Positions 1-13,887 of a stretch of 64,000 nt of DNA are shown in pieces. Position 1 is the stretch's first letter; every line of letters starts with the position of its first letter. The DNA is from Octopus bimaculoides (lineage: Eukaryota), in the NCBI RefSeq assembly GCF_001194135.2, contig NC_069003.1, positions 31,613,201 through 31,677,200 of the forward strand. The letters run 5' to 3'. Made by a program: the position numbers and the translations under genes. The notes beneath the pieces are model-generated. The model was not told the DNA's origin, ran no database searches, and saw nothing but the letters and a program-made list of their open reading frames with translations.

Positions 1-70
1 TCCTATTAACTTAACATTGCTGTTACTAAGCTATTTTCTATGATTTTGTCATCTTAGCCTTTTTCAATGT

Positions 71-377
71 TTGTGTGTGTGTGTGTGTGTGTCTCACCAT
101 CTCTCTCTCTCTCTCTCTCTCTCGCTACATAAATCTATGCATATGTGTTGTGTCTATATATGTATATTTACCTATGTCTGTTTGTTTTTTCTCTGTGTGT
201 GTGTGTGTGTGTTTGTCTTCATGTGTCTTTCTGTGGATGAAATACTCTGGTCCTCCCTCCATCCTCTTCTTCCATCTTGCCACCACATCATTGTTATTTA
301 TCATTGTTCTCCTCCAAATCACCCCCCCACCCCCGCTCTCTCTCCCACCATCTTCAGGTTCCCCACCACCACCACCA
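71..377. repeat. (TG)n, (CT)n and C-rich low-complexity sequence
   Basis: Read directly. Similar (CA)n/(CT)n tracts at 1100-1150, 1590-1900, 7285-7430, 34600-34940, 46720-46890 and 59890-59995. Confidence 0.9.
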
Positions 378-1036
378 NNNNNNNNNNNNNNNNNNNNNNN
401 NNNNNNNNNNNNNNNNNNNNNNNNNNNNNNNNNNNNNNNNNNNNNNNNNNNNNNNNNNNNNNNNNNNNNNNNNNNNNNNNNNNNNNNNNNNNNNNNNNNN
501 NNNNNNNNNNNNNNNNNNNNNNNNNNNNNNNNNNNNNNNNNNNNNNNNNNNNNNNNNNNNNNNNNNNNNNNNNNNNNNNNNNNNNNNNNNNNNNNNNNNN
601 NNNNNNNNNNNNNNNNNNNNNNNNNNNNNNNNNNNNNNNNNNNNNNNNNNNNNNNNNNNNNNNNNNNNNNNNNNNNNNNNNNNNNNNNNNNNNNNNNNNN
701 NNNNNNNNNNNNNNNNNNNNNNNNNNNNNNNNNNNNNNNNNNNNNNNNNNNNNNNNNNNNNNNNNNNNNNNNNNNNNNNNNNNNNNNNNNNNNNNNNNNN
801 NNNNNNNNNNNNNNNNNNNNNNNNNNNNNNNNNNNNNNNNNNNNNNNNNNNNNNNNNNNNNNNNNNNNNNNNNNNNNNNNNNNNNNNNNNNNNNNNNNNN
901 NNNNNNNNNNNNNNNNNNNNNNNNNNNNNNNNNNNNNNNNNNNNNNNNNNNNNNNNNNNNNNNNNNNNNNNNNNNNNNNNNNNNNNNNNNNNNNNNNNNN
1001 NNNNNNNNNNNNNNNNNNNNNNNNNNNNNNNNNNNN
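378..1036. other. Assembly gap (others include 22152-22266, 33424-33889, 47806-48001, 57616-57957 and short ones)
   Basis: N runs. Exons could be hidden in them. Confidence 0.99.
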
Positions 1037-1108
1037 CTGCCCTTTACTTCTCACCCCAACAATATCTCCTTCGTTACCGCCTCTCCTCGCTGCCCTCTCC
1101 ACTTCACA

Positions 1109-1151
<43 letters not shown>

Positions 1152-1710
1152 TTTCCATAAATCTTCATCCTTGGGCAAAGGGCTTAACTCATCAAACCAG
1201 TTGCTGCTTACCATTGGTGGTGGCGGTGGTGGTAGGATTGGTTTAAGATGAACATAAACAAAACATCGGGTACCTCGGCCCCACCCCATACTTCCTTACC
1301 CCCACTCCACAAGAAAGAAAAAGCAAAAAAAAAGCAAGAGATGTTACCTACTTCTTAAGCCTACCATTACTACCGTCCTTCCTTCCATATCTTGAGTAGA
1401 GTGTTATAATCCCTTCCAGGAGCAAAATAATAAATATATTCGGGTGGAGACCATGTGTGAGGTTCCCCTTTTCTTTCTCACACAAATAGGGGGTCTTTGA
1501 ATGTAGGACTGTTTGATGGCAACCCATTTTTTTTTTTCTTTTTAATATAACTACTGCACCCCTTTAAAAAAATAGGTTACCATTTACACACACACACATT
1601 ATTAATGCAGTACCTAGCACACTCAGCAGATATACATACATGCCAACACATTCACTCTCACTTACACATGTACACACACTCACATGCATCTACTCTCACT
1701 CATCCGCATG

Positions 1711-1747
<37 letters not shown>

Positions 1748-2544
1748 TCACATGTGTGTACTCTCGCTGACACAAGCACTCTCATTTACATACCTGCATC
1801 CTACACATGCACTCTTACACCTCATTTACACTCACCCGCTCACAATCTTACACACATACTCATACTCACACACACACACACACATCCCATCCACCAATAT
1901 AAAATATAACCACAACCTATGGTTTACTGCTTTTCCCATTCTACCAGAATCCTACAGTGACTCTTCCACCTGTCTTCTTGTCTCCATCTTAATTACTATT
2001 CCTCTTCATCTTTACCCCTGTGGCAAATAAAAGAAATTATAATTATAATTATGGTGAATTTGCCTTTCATTCTTTCAGGCATGATAAACTATGTACCAGT
2101 TGCACACTAGGGCTCGGTGTAATAGATTTATCCCCTCCCCTGAAACTACTGACCTTGTGTCAAAACTCGAGATCATTATTATTGTTCTTAGAGTCTTGCA
2201 TGCATAGCTGGCTTGCTGCCTGCAATCTACGGCACCATGCTATCTGTTCTTTTCAACTATCTAATACTTTCCTAATTATTCTGGCCATGCCAAAGAGGCA
2301 GACCTTTGGTAACAGTTCTACAGGGCACTCTATACTGATTTCCTTTTTATTCCTCCTGATGCCTTCTGATACTATCCTCCAGGGACCCAATAATATCTGG
2401 CACTTTGCTTGGTGGCATTTTGTCCGTCTTTACATTCCGAGTTCAAATTCCACTTAGGTCGACTTTGTCTTTCAAGTACTAGGATCGATGTAATTTACTA
2501 TCCCCCTCCTCAAAAATTTGAGGCCCTGTGCCTCCAGTAGAAAA

Positions 2545-2584
<40 letters not shown>

Positions 2585-2717
2585 GTATGGCAGCGAGCTG
2601 GCAGAATCATTTGCAGAGTTTTATCCATCTTTACATTCTGAGTTCAAATTCCACAAAAATTAAGCACCACTCTACATCTTGAGGATGAGACTGAGTTAAC
2701 CTGGAAATGTTGATTAA

Positions 2718-2955
2718 CCCTTTAGCATTTAAACCAGGCATATCTGGCCCAACTGTTTCACTCGTTTTATGCTCAAACAGGTCAGATCTAGCTTCTCACA
2801 CCTATCCTACAATGTCATTCTACAAAAATAAACAAAAATAAACAAAAATAAACACATCATGAAAATGTTGAAGCCCTGAGATAATGCATGATTAATTCCA
2901 AACAGTGTGAATTGATAATCATTACATTTGACAGAGTAATCTGAATTCTAAAGGG
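2718..2955. mobile_element. piggyBac-type MITE family F
   Basis: TTAA on both sides. TIRs CCCTTTAGCATT / AATTCTAAAGGG. Confidence 0.8.
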
Positions 2956-4586
2956 TTAAATGAATTTGGGAACTTTATCATTCGGAACAAACTACAAGAG
3001 TCTTATATGCAAATCAAAAAGAAAAAAAAAATCTGCTATAAAAAAAATGGAACATAGTTGTGTTTACAATATATCATGTCTTAAAGAAAAGCTGTCCCCC
3101 ACCTCAAATACACACACACAGACACACACACACACACACATGTATGTACATACCAATGTTTGTGTATTTGTATATTTATTATTTGGGAATCGTTGTTCCA
3201 GTTAGTCAAGTTTATATTTTTTACCCCCTGTGCTAAATGAAAACCACATGTGGGAAACTAAACCAATATGTGACTGGGGGGAAGATTTGGNNNNNNNNNN
3301 NNNNNNNNNNNNGGGGGGGGGGGTCAGTGCCTTCATCTTTATGTCTCCTTCACTTAAGTAAAAGCTGAGTTTCCAAGTCTTGTCACCATTTCATGTGTGC
3401 CTTCCACTGATGGTTCGGATTGCATTGTTCAACAAGATCCATTGAGTTGACTGATCGCATCTCGCTCCAGTGTCTGAGTTTTGGCATGATTTCTACAGAT
3501 GGATGCCATTCCTAATGTCAACTATTTTATATATACAATCTAGCTGAATGGAATACTTTCATGATAGTATGATAGATCTGTTGACCCCAAGGTTGACCTT
3601 TGGCGAAACAGCAACAAGAAAGGTGCATCACTACATGAAATAATGACCCCCACCCCATCTGACACACAGCTTGGCTCTTCTTCAATTTGCTCCCACCATC
3701 ATCAGCACCACCACACCAGTTCTTAGGAAAGGAATTTCTTAAATAAATCAACAGCAACAGGCATGATCTTGAGGTAAAATAAACACAGGTGTGGCTGTGT
3801 GGTAAGAAGCTTGCTTACCAACCACATGGTTCTGGTTCACTCCTGCTATGTCTTCTACTATAGTCCCATACTGACCAAAGCTTTGTTAGTGGATTTAATA
3901 GATGGAAACTGAATGTATGTATATCTGTGGTGTGTTTGTGTTTTTGTCTTCCTCTACTGCTTGACAACTGGCTTTGGTAGTAGTGATGCATATTTTTTGT
4001 TGTTTGGCCAAAGGTCAGCCACAAGTCAACAGATCTATTATATATATTATTATGAAAGCCTTCCATTCAGTTAGATTGTGTATTTGTGACTATACAGTTC
4101 AAAGTATGCTTTTTCCCTTTTTGTCTTTTTATTCTAAGATGATTGGATGCAATTCAAGCATGATTTGGCTGCTACTTCTAGGTCAAGCAATTGCATGGCT
4201 GCTCTCTCATTGGCTCACGTTATTGGGGAAACTGTAATAGAATGTGACCTAAGTTCACCTGGGAAGCCTTATAATTTCTTTGATCTTTCACCTGGAAATT
4301 TTTTTAATTTCTGGTCTAGTTCAGGAAACAAAAGCTCTTTCTCGGAAGTTTTTCTGTTATTTCTGGTTGAAAGCATTTGTAGAATGAGGATTTGAGGGGG
4401 CCTTTTTTTTTTTGTTATATAAATATAAATGTTGTGAATAAATTATAAGAACAAAAGACTTGAATATGAAGACTGTCAGCTGTTGTATATAACAGCCACC
4501 TGCGATCGAGAAGGATTATTCTTTGCCTATTACTATTGCACCCCTGTTAATACATACTCACACACATACATATTAACACATGGATA

Positions 4587-4622
<36 letters not shown>

Positions 4623-4977
4623 GCATGCATGCACACACACACACACACCTGGAGATGACTTTGATGGGCTGGTTAGTGCTAATTTAGTGGAAACGGGTCT
4701 GATCTACTCCCTCGCCAGCCTCATTCTGTTTCCTGTGGGCATTGATGAAAAAAATGTAGTTACCCAGGCGCAGGAGTGGCTGTGTGGTAAAAAAGCTTGC
4801 TTCCCGACCACATGGTTCTGGGTTCGGTCTCACTGCATGTTTCCTTGGGCAAGTGTCTTCTACTATAGCTTCGAGCAAATCAAAGCCTTGTGAGTGGATT
4901 TGGTAGATGGAAACTGAAAGAAGTCTTTTGTATATATATACATATCAGTGACCTTATTTCTCTAGGAACAGACATAA

Positions 4978-5385
4978 ACTTCCTGTTGAAAAAGAGTTCA
5001 TAACTCCAACTAAAAACATTTGTCTCCCCTTACACACACACTTCCTGTTGAAGAAGAGTTCATAACTCCAACTAAAAACATTTGTCTCCCCTTACACACA
5101 CTTCCTGTTTTGACACCACACTTCCTGCTTAACACAAACATTTAACCCTTTTTTTAAACCTAACACAACTGTCAATTCTCATACATCCTTATTTTTCCAA
5201 CCATTATATACATGATCTACCATTGAACTTCAAAAGCTCAAAGACAATATAATGTATTGGTATATTTATTTTTTTATATATTATTTTCTTCATTTTGTAC
5301 TTCTTTGTAAAAAACATTTTCATTCTCCTTCTTCTTGAAAATTTGCTTCACAATGAAAGCCTGTTAGAAATCTTGATTAAAATAT
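4978..5385 (+). repeat. Unclassified interspersed repeat with an internal 60-62 bp tandem duplication; inverted second copy at 33053-33377
   Basis: About 330 nt of reverse-complement similarity with 33053-33377. Units at 4978-5039 and 5040-5099. Confidence 0.8.
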
Positions 5386-5520
5386 GCTTCCAATTTAGCA
5401 TTCTGCCTTCTTTTTCATTTTCCTATTATTTCTCCACGTGCGGTTAACACAACCTCACTATTTACTGACTTATATAATATTAGGGACAAAATCCAAAATT
5501 ACAGGTAAAAACTCAATTAA

Positions 5521-5566
<46 letters not shown>

Positions 5567-7394
5567 TTCTGTGTCTGTGTTTGATCCCCCAACATTGCTT
5601 GACAATCGATGTTGGCGTGTTTATGTCTCCGTAACTTAGTAGTTCAGCAAAACAGACTGATAGAATAAATACTAGGTTTACAAAGAATAAGTCCTGGGGT
5701 CAGTTTGTTTGACTAAAGGCAGTGCTCCAGCATGGCCGCAGTCAAATGACTAACAAGTAAAAGAATACCCAAAATGAGAAAAAAAAAAAAACAGTATATA
5801 GTTACCCAAATCTGAACCTAACCCCAACCTCTCTTAATCAACCTACAGGGAATGTAAATGTTTACTTCTGAGACTAGAGCTGAAAGACATACAGTTATAT
5901 GTACATGTGCATACGCTTAGCAGAGCCTAGTTTTGATCTACAGACGTCTGTGTTATGGGCCCAGCACAGTTCCACTGCGCCACTCTGCTGCCAGCAGTTT
6001 TATTTCACTTCTTTATTTTTATGACTCAATTGGTTAACCATTCAATTAACCAACTAGGCTTGTCAAAAGTCCTTTTGACACCATTTGCAACCTCATCAAA
6101 GACATGTCCTCTCTACCTGAAGGCTACTTCCAGTCTGCCTGCCTGTCTGTCTATCTGCTGTTTAATATATAACCCTATCACAGAAACATGTTATAAAAAA
6201 AAAAATGAATCCTGGAAAGATGTCTTATTAATGATGTACTTTGAGACACCTCGTTATTAAAGTCTTAATTACATATTTCTCTATACTTCTGCATTTGTTT
6301 CCTATACATAATAAAGGAAAAAAAAAACAGGTACAAAGTTTTAAAATAGGAATAGTTTGAGTTCATCCAAGACAGAGTTGTGGGCATTGTTGACCATTTA
6401 AAGTGTGTTTGAATGTTTTCAACTACATTTATACTGATCTAACTCAATGTAGATCAATAACTGTATTTTTTTTTTTTTTTTTTTTCTGTTATAAATAAAA
6501 GAAATATCCTTTACTCAAGAATTTAGCATTATTCAGACTGGATTAGGTGCAGGCATGGCTGTGGTAAGAAGTTTGCTTCCCAACATCATGGCCTTGAGTT
6601 CAATCCCACTGCATAGCATCTTCAGCAAGTGTCTTTTTACTCTAGCCCCAGGGTTGACCAAGGCCTTGAGTGGATTTCATAGACAGATGCTCAAAGAAGC
6701 TTATTTTGTGTGTGTTTCTGTTTCCTTGCTTTGACTTCATAGGATTGTTGTAAATGGATGTCCCCATTGTGCTGGTGGTACCCTCTGTTTCTAATCTTCT
6801 CTGGAAACCTGTCTGGTCATGGGAAATATTACCCTACTCGGAAATAGGTGAGGGTTGGCAACAAGAAGGGAATCTGACTGGCAGTTGTAAATCCACCTCC
6901 ACAAAATCCATCTGACCTATGCAGGCATAGAAAAGCAGATTTGACAGTGAAAAAGAAAACATTGTCACACAGGATGCTTCAAAGGTTCTGCACACTGGAA
7001 CTGAACCTAAAATCATGCCATTGCAAGGTAAATAGTATTTTTTTTTTAACCACGTGACCTTCCTTATGTGCGTAACCCCTCAACCAAACCGAACCCACAC
7101 ATGTAGCTAAGTAGCATTTCCTATATATTACTGTGACCTGCGATCTTTTGGCAAAGTTAAACCAACATTCTGCCATGGGTTAATGAACCAGAAGTCATGG
7201 CCAATTTGGTAACCAATGGCGTTCTTCTGACTAATTTGGAACTAGATGTGTAACTTCTTTCTTTTGTGTTAAACTTAGAAATAGAAACTCTCTCTCTCTC
7301 TCTCTCCCTCTCTCTCTACAAATGTATTTGTATGTAAGTATATATATATATATAAGTTGTGACATTTATACACCAGACCTTAAACATGAGATAT

Positions 7395-7433
<39 letters not shown>

Positions 7434-7749
7434 CAAGCACTGTGTCTCATTTTGTGAGTAAAAATATAAAATCGGCTTTTGACGTAGGCACTAAGTTTTT
7501 AAGGAGGAAATAGTTGTGTTGACACCAGTACTTGACTTGTACTTCTTTTGTCAAGTCTGGAATGATGAAAAACAGTAAAGTTGACTTGGTTAGATTAAAA
7601 ACTCAGACCATAAAGAGAGATAACTAACTATTATACAGCATGGGTTTTTCGNNNNNNNNNNNNNNNNNNNNGGGGGGGGGGGGTCTGGCCTCGTATTGAT
7701 TCTACCAGCTATTTTCTGAAATAATAATAATAATAATAATAATGATGAT

Positions 7750-8697
7750 GATGGTTTCACATTTTGGCACAAGGCTAACAATTTTCTGGGAGGAGGTAAG
7801 TCAATTACATTGACCCCAGTGCTCAACTGGTACTTATTTTATCGACCCTGAAAGAATGAAAAGCAGAGTCGACCCCAGTGGAATTTGAACTCAGAATGTA
7901 AAGATGAACGAAATGCTGCTAAGCATTTTTACTCGGCATGCTAATACTTCTGCCAGCTCACTGCATTAATAATGATAATAATAATTCTTTCTACTATAGG
8001 TGCAAGGCCTGAAACTTTGGGGTAGGGGGTTAGTCAATAACATCAACCTCAGTATTTGATTGGTACTTATTTCATCGACCCCTGCCAAAAAGCTAAAAGG
8101 CAAAGTCAGTCCCAGCAGCATTTAAGGTTGACTTTGTCTTCCATTCTACTATAGACACAATTTGGTGGGAGGAAACTGGGCGATTTCACCAGCCCCAGTG
8201 TTCAACTAGTGCTTATTTTATTAACCCCCAGATGCATGAAAATCAAAGTTTTAACCTTGGCACAATTTGAACTCAGAATGTAAAGAGCTGGAAGAAATAC
8301 CACCGCTAAGCGCTTGTCTGGCATATAATTCTGCCAGCTCAATGGTAATAGTAATGATTTCTCTCCTTGTAACAAGGTCACACATTTGTAAAGTGGGGTC
8401 GGGTACAGATGGGTGGATCAGCTTCAGTACTTGAGTGGTTCTTGGGTAAGTCAAAGGAAATCTATTAAGACGTTAACTTACAACATAAAGGTGGTATAAG
8501 TAAAATACCACATGCTATTGTACTGTTTCCGCTATAAAACTACCTTGTATTGGTTTGAAATTTTGGCACAAGGCCAGTAATTTCAGGGAGTGGGTATGTC
8601 AGTTACGTCAACCCCAGTGTTCAACTGGTATTTATTTTATTGACCCTGAAAAGATGAAAGGTAAAGTCAACCTCGGCAAAATTTGAACTCAGAACGT
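7750..8697 (-). mobile_element. Cluster of four older minus-strand SINE-A copies
   Basis: Repeated ttttggcacaaggcc...gaccccagtg...tttgaactcagaa...ctgccagctc units. Other + copies at about 2085-2660, 19450-19670, 41915-42130 and 54485-54690. Confidence 0.75.
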
Positions 8698-9023
8698 GTG
8701 GCTGTGTGGTAAGAAGCTAGCTTCTCACTAGCATGGTTCCGGGTTTCAGTCCCTCCCACTGCATGGCACCTTGGGCAAGTATCTTCTACTATAGCTTCGG
8801 GCTGACCAAAGCCTTGTGAGTGGATTTGGCAGATGGAAACTGAAAGAAGCCCATCGTGTGTATATATATATATATTTGTGTATCTGTTTGTCTCCCACAC
8901 ATCGCTTGGCAACCATGTTTACGTCCCCGTAACTTAACGGTTCAGCAAAAGAGATCAATAGAATAAATACTAAACTTACAAAGAATAAGTCCTGGGGTCG
9001 ATTTGTTTGACTAAAGGCGGTGC
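8696..9023 (+). mobile_element. SINE family B
   Basis: A-box-like gtggctgtgtggtaag and B-box-like gggtttcagtccc. Additional + copies or halves at about 3786, 4768, 5545, 6547, 18640, 20430, 23920, 37335, 49717, 52725, 55770, 57965, 63150 and 63640. Confidence 0.82.
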
Positions 9024-10616
9024 ATTTTCTTTAAGATAGTTGGGTTTGGTTTGAGGAAGATTTAGCCACTATTTCTTGCAGACCATCAGTATTGCACGAG
9101 ACAGATCACCTTGTATTTGGTTACAGCCCTTTACATTCCGAGTTCAAACCTTGCCCAGGTCATCTTTGTTATTTCATCCTTCCAAGATTGATAAAATAAA
9201 TACCAAGACTACTGTACCTTTGAGTGTGGTACCTCCAGTATGGCCTCAGTCCAATGATTAAAAAAAATCAAAAACAAATAAATAATGACAAAGAATGAAA
9301 AAATAATTTAGCTTGTGGGTTAATGGTAGAAATTAATTACACTATAGTTTTTAGTTTTTTCTTTTCTCTCCTCTCCCCACTTAACTGACACACATGTAGT
9401 TTTCAGCACAAAGGATGTATATATAATTCCAGTTGCAAAACTGGGTTACTGTAACTTTTGTATATTCACGAAGAGAGAGGTAGAGAGAGAGGGGGTTGGA
9501 AGGTTTCATGTAAATGTGAAGTTCACATATGTGGCATCTCTCACAAGTCTTATGATATTTTATTAAGTTTACTTTCTCTGCTGCCAACCGGGCTACATGT
9601 ACCCTCTACCGATTGGTTGATTCCTTTAGCTTCTAGAGAAGGAAACTATATTTCCCAGATTTAATAACACTTCACAAGTACATCTTAAAACACAACAAAA
9701 CCAACCAAAAGAAGAAAAAAAATTAAATAAAACTCAAAAAACAAACGAAGAATAAAGTGCCAACATAAGGCATTTTTCAAGTCTGAAATAGCAGCAGCGA
9801 AGACTATCTTAAGACTGTCTTTTGATATTCTTTCTGGACATATATATTTTTCTGGTTCCTATTACATCCACTCCACGTGAAATTATTTACTGCGATATTT
9901 ATGGATATTATTCACTGTTCCATTGTTAAGTATTTATTTCGAATTATTTCTTACTTTCTAACAGGATTCTCACATCTTGAATTTAAAGCAGTATTGTCTT
10001 CATTTTATTTATTTAATTTTTTTCTTCTTAATTTCATCTTCATTGAACTTTCCTTGTGTGTGATGTTATCAGGCATAAATAAAGCTGTTACAGTATTTCT
10101 TATCTGTTGCACACGTAATTATACAGAGGCCAATTTCGAACAAAGGACATTTATTGTTTTTATGGCAGAATCAGTATATAGCTTCATACAAAATATTTTG
10201 CGAGAGTTTGTTCTTTCATATCCGAGTTCAAATCACACCAAGGTTAATTTTTGAAAACAAAATGGTTTTTTTTTTTTTCAATTTTTGTTTATTTGCCTTT
10301 TTTTTTTTTTCTCAGGGATTGATAAAATATTATCAATCAATAACTGGGATTGGTTTAATTAACTGTATTCACTTCCAAAATTTGTGGAATTATGCCAGCT
10401 TGTGACAGAAGTCAATTGTTTTTAATGCTCCAGTTTAGTTATTCACTTGGTAAATGCGTTTAGCATTAATAAACAAACACTATTAAAGGCCACATTTGTT
10501 TATAGTAAATACTGGATTTGTTGTGTTGTATATAAATGTTGTGTGTGTGTGTGTGTATATAGCTGTAGTCATGTAGGCTGAGTAATGTAGACTAGCTGAG
10601 AATAAAAGGGATAAAA

Positions 10617-10740
10617 ATGAAAAGAATCTCTGAAGGACCTGAAATTAGTGCCGACGACATTATTAAGAATTTGGTTACAATACTGAATAGTTTAGTATTG
10701 GAATTATGTAGATACGAGTATGGGTACCATATGGAGTTTG
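10617..10740 (+). CDS. Candidate alternative first coding exon (MKRISEGPEISADDIIKNLVTILNSLVLELCRYEYGYHMEF-D)
   Basis: aaaATG, in-frame TAG upstream at 10593, 41 open codons of protein-like unique sequence. Phase-1 donor G|gtattg (weak) gives G+AC=Asp into exon 35238. TATAAAT at 10531. Confidence 0.35.
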
Positions 10741-11259
10741 GTATTGGTGCTGTGGCTAAGTAGTAGTACTTAGATATTTAAAATAACACTTAAAATATTT
10801 AAACTACTTGTGTTTTTTATTTGAACAAGCATCAGAAACTTAGAAAAACAATATGAATGTTGAAATAGTTTTGATAATATATTAAAGTGTTTTATTGTAA
10901 GCATCAGGGGCATGTGTGTGTTCGTGTGTGCCCACATTTCCCTAAGAATACTAGGGGCCTTTTCCGGCCGGAGGATTAGCCATGGTTGTCATGATTTACA
11001 AAGATTAACCTTGCATCGCTCCCCTCTGGATTGAAGTACATCAGTATCACATGTGAATACACCTCCACCTCTTTGAAGGTCTGGTACTGAAATCCCGACA
11101 TCTAAGTGTTTTTCTTTAGTACACACAAACAACAGTTCCTACACTGTTTCATCCTATCACCTTTTGAACCGGTCGTTGTTATGTATTTGGCCCCAGTGGG
11201 GTGGGTTGCAATTTATTTGATCCCGCAGTGTAGAGGATCTAGTGTGTGACTCTTTAAAG

Positions 11260-11625
11260 CAGTTATTTCTCTAAACACTTTTTTTGTGTGTGGCACACTT
11301 TAGAACAAATAAAAATATTTCCGTGTACTTAACATGCAAAGTGAAACGAAAATGCATTTATAAAAGACAATTATATATTTAAACTTATATATATATGAAT
11401 AATTATAACTACAAAAAAATTAAGAAATGGAATGTGGTTACTAAAATTTAATATTTAAATTTCAATTTGTATTTTTCACATATTTTAAACATAATTCTGT
11501 TGTTTTCACAGTACACACAACTCAGTAGTACATTGGTACACACCAGTGTACAATGACTCAGTGTGTTATGGTGCACCAGCATGTCACGGTATACCAGTAT
11601 GCCATGGTAGTGCACCAAATCCCTG
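11260..11625. mobile_element. Degenerate hAT-like MITE with internal short tandem repeats
   Basis: cagttatttctc...gtgtgtggcacac 5' end, ...aaatccctg 3' end. Flanks ctttaaag / tttcaaag. Confidence 0.45.
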
Positions 11626-11742
11626 TTTCAAAGAACTGATTTTACCTAGCTGAATGTGTAATGATATATGCTTTCATTAGTAAGATTTCTCATAGTTATC
11701 TGCTACTGATATCTGCTTGTTTCAAGAAAATGTAAGGGTTAA

Positions 11743-11953
11743 CCCTTTTGCATTCAGACTACTCTGTCAAATGTAATGCTCACTTATTCATTTATTATCT
11801 CGTAGCTTCAAGGTTTAGATGACGCAATTGTTTATTTTTAGAATGACATTTGGCGGTTAGGTGTGAGAGGCCAGTTCTGGCTGTTGAAAACAGAATAAAC
11901 ATTAAAGGAATCGAATATTTGGGCTGGAATGGCCAGTTTTAAAAGCTAAAGGA
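11743..11953. mobile_element. piggyBac-type MITE family F (opposite orientation to 2718)
   Basis: TTAA flanks, CCCTTTTGCATT ... GCTAAAGGA ends, same internal sequence inverted. Confidence 0.75.
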
Positions 11954-12079
11954 TTAAAGTCATTAAACTGCCCTTCCTGAGATTAGTTTAACCCTTTTGA
12001 AACCACCAACCCACCTAAGACCATTCATGGTTCCATGATAACAAATGTCCTCTTTTAAAGCAAAGAACTATAACCAATA

Positions 12080-12300
12080 TCATCATCATCATCATTGTTT
12101 AACGTCCGCTTTCCATGCTAGCATGGGTTGGACGATTTGACTGAGGACTGGTGAAACCAGATGGCTACACCAGTCTCCATTCTGATTTGGCAGAGTTTCT
12201 ACAGCTGGATGCCCTTCCTAACGCCAACCACTCAGAGAGTGTAGTGGGTGCTTTTACGTGTCACCCGCACGAAGGCCAGTCAGGCAGTACTGGCAATTGC
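12080..12300 (-). mobile_element. SINE family C, inverted relative to 16790
   Basis: Near-identical reverse complement of 16860-17080. Confidence 0.82.
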
Positions 12301-13887
12301 ACATAATTTTTAGCAAAATCTTATATTGGAAACCAGTTGAGAATCATTGGTCTAATGGTTCTTCCTTTCTTTCTTTTAGATAAGGTGTGGTCTGAGAAGT
12401 CTAGGTACTATTTCTTGCAAGTTGAGTAATCATATAGAGAAATTTGAAATATCTCTCTTACACTCCACACTATTTATGGATTTTTGTAAAATACAATGGT
12501 ACCAATTCTAAGTTGTTTTTATCACAGTCTTAAAAAAAATGGAATTATTTGATTTTCCCCGAGAAAGAAGAGAATTCTGATGTTTTGACCAGGACCCTCT
12601 GTCACTCCTCCGACAAAGGGCTCTGCTTGAAATATCAACCCTATCTTCTTTCTTACTGCAAAACAACTTTTATTTCCTTTTATGAACTGTCAGTACTCCA
12701 TTTACTGATGCAGACCATTACTAGTCTCCTCCAATTCAACTGTTAGACATTACTTCAATCATTCCTATGACAGTTGTTGATAATCTGTCTTTAAAAAAAC
12801 TGTCAGATTGTGTAGTGAATATGGTACATGGATTGACGATAATTTGTCATTCATTTTCTCCTTCCCCTCCTTGGCCTTGTCAGTGTCTCTGTATCATTGT
12901 CTGGGAAGCCATTGGTGGTGAGACTTTGGTTATAGTCCTCTTGTATTTCTCCTAAAATGTCTCTTCATCTCTCTCTCTCTCTCACACACACGCAACTGTC
13001 ACCTATTGCTCCCTGCAACATCACTCCACACAGACTGGCTCGGCCACAACACTGCCAATCTTGAACTTACACTAGACAGCTTTATCACAATATTAACAAT
13101 GGTAATAATGTAATATTTAATTATGGTAGGAATAAGTTAAGCAAGTGTAGACATAAGTATGTTGGTCCAGAGAGGCCATATACCCCATCACCGTTATACA
13201 CTCACATATTGACATGTAAGGAACCAGGAGCCAAATGGTACCACACTTGTACAGACTCTTCACAATATATGATTTAGTTATATGTCAAGTTCTCAAAATG
13301 TCACTGAGAAAATTCTTTAAGGAGTCATCAACTTGCTAGAGATAGCAGCCAGATCTTACTTAAATCATACCCCACCTTTTTATTAATGGCAACATAGCTA
13401 TTGTAGTTCTAAATGTCATTTAAAAAGACAGGATGGTCATGGGTGGAATGCCTTTGTGTAGGTTTGTTTAATCAGGTTCATGTGAGACTAAGCAACTGTT
13501 ACTTTTTTTTTTTTTTAACTTCACTTGAAATTCATTATGTTGCTTTGTTTAGCCCTAGGTCAGTTCCAGTCTCCCTTGGAACTATGATCAAAGCATTTTA
13601 GATATTCAGACATAGTATATCATTTATATATTGTTTCAGTCATTGGACTGTGGCCATAAATGTGGCCAAATAAATCAACCTCTAGTCAAACTACCAAGTT
13701 TCATATACAAACATTATTTGTGAAGCAGTGGGTGGGTTTCCATCTTTCAAATTCACTCACAAGGCATTGGTTGGTCCAGAGCTGTAATAGAAGACACCTG
13801 CTCCTGAAAGTTGGAACTCTTGTAATCTTTGGCAACAATTCTGAAGAAATGTTCTTTTACATTTGAAAGGCACAAAGCTTTCAATTG

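Noticed and set aside
71-1251. Long ORFs (324-391 aa) at the window start, and those at 33361-33957, 47749-48100 and 57566-58020
   Set aside because: They are open only because they run through N gaps and microsatellites.
1605-2030. His/Thr-rich 141-aa ORF and similar HT/CV/IY ORFs
   Set aside because: Translation of (CA)n, (TG)n and (TA)n microsatellites.
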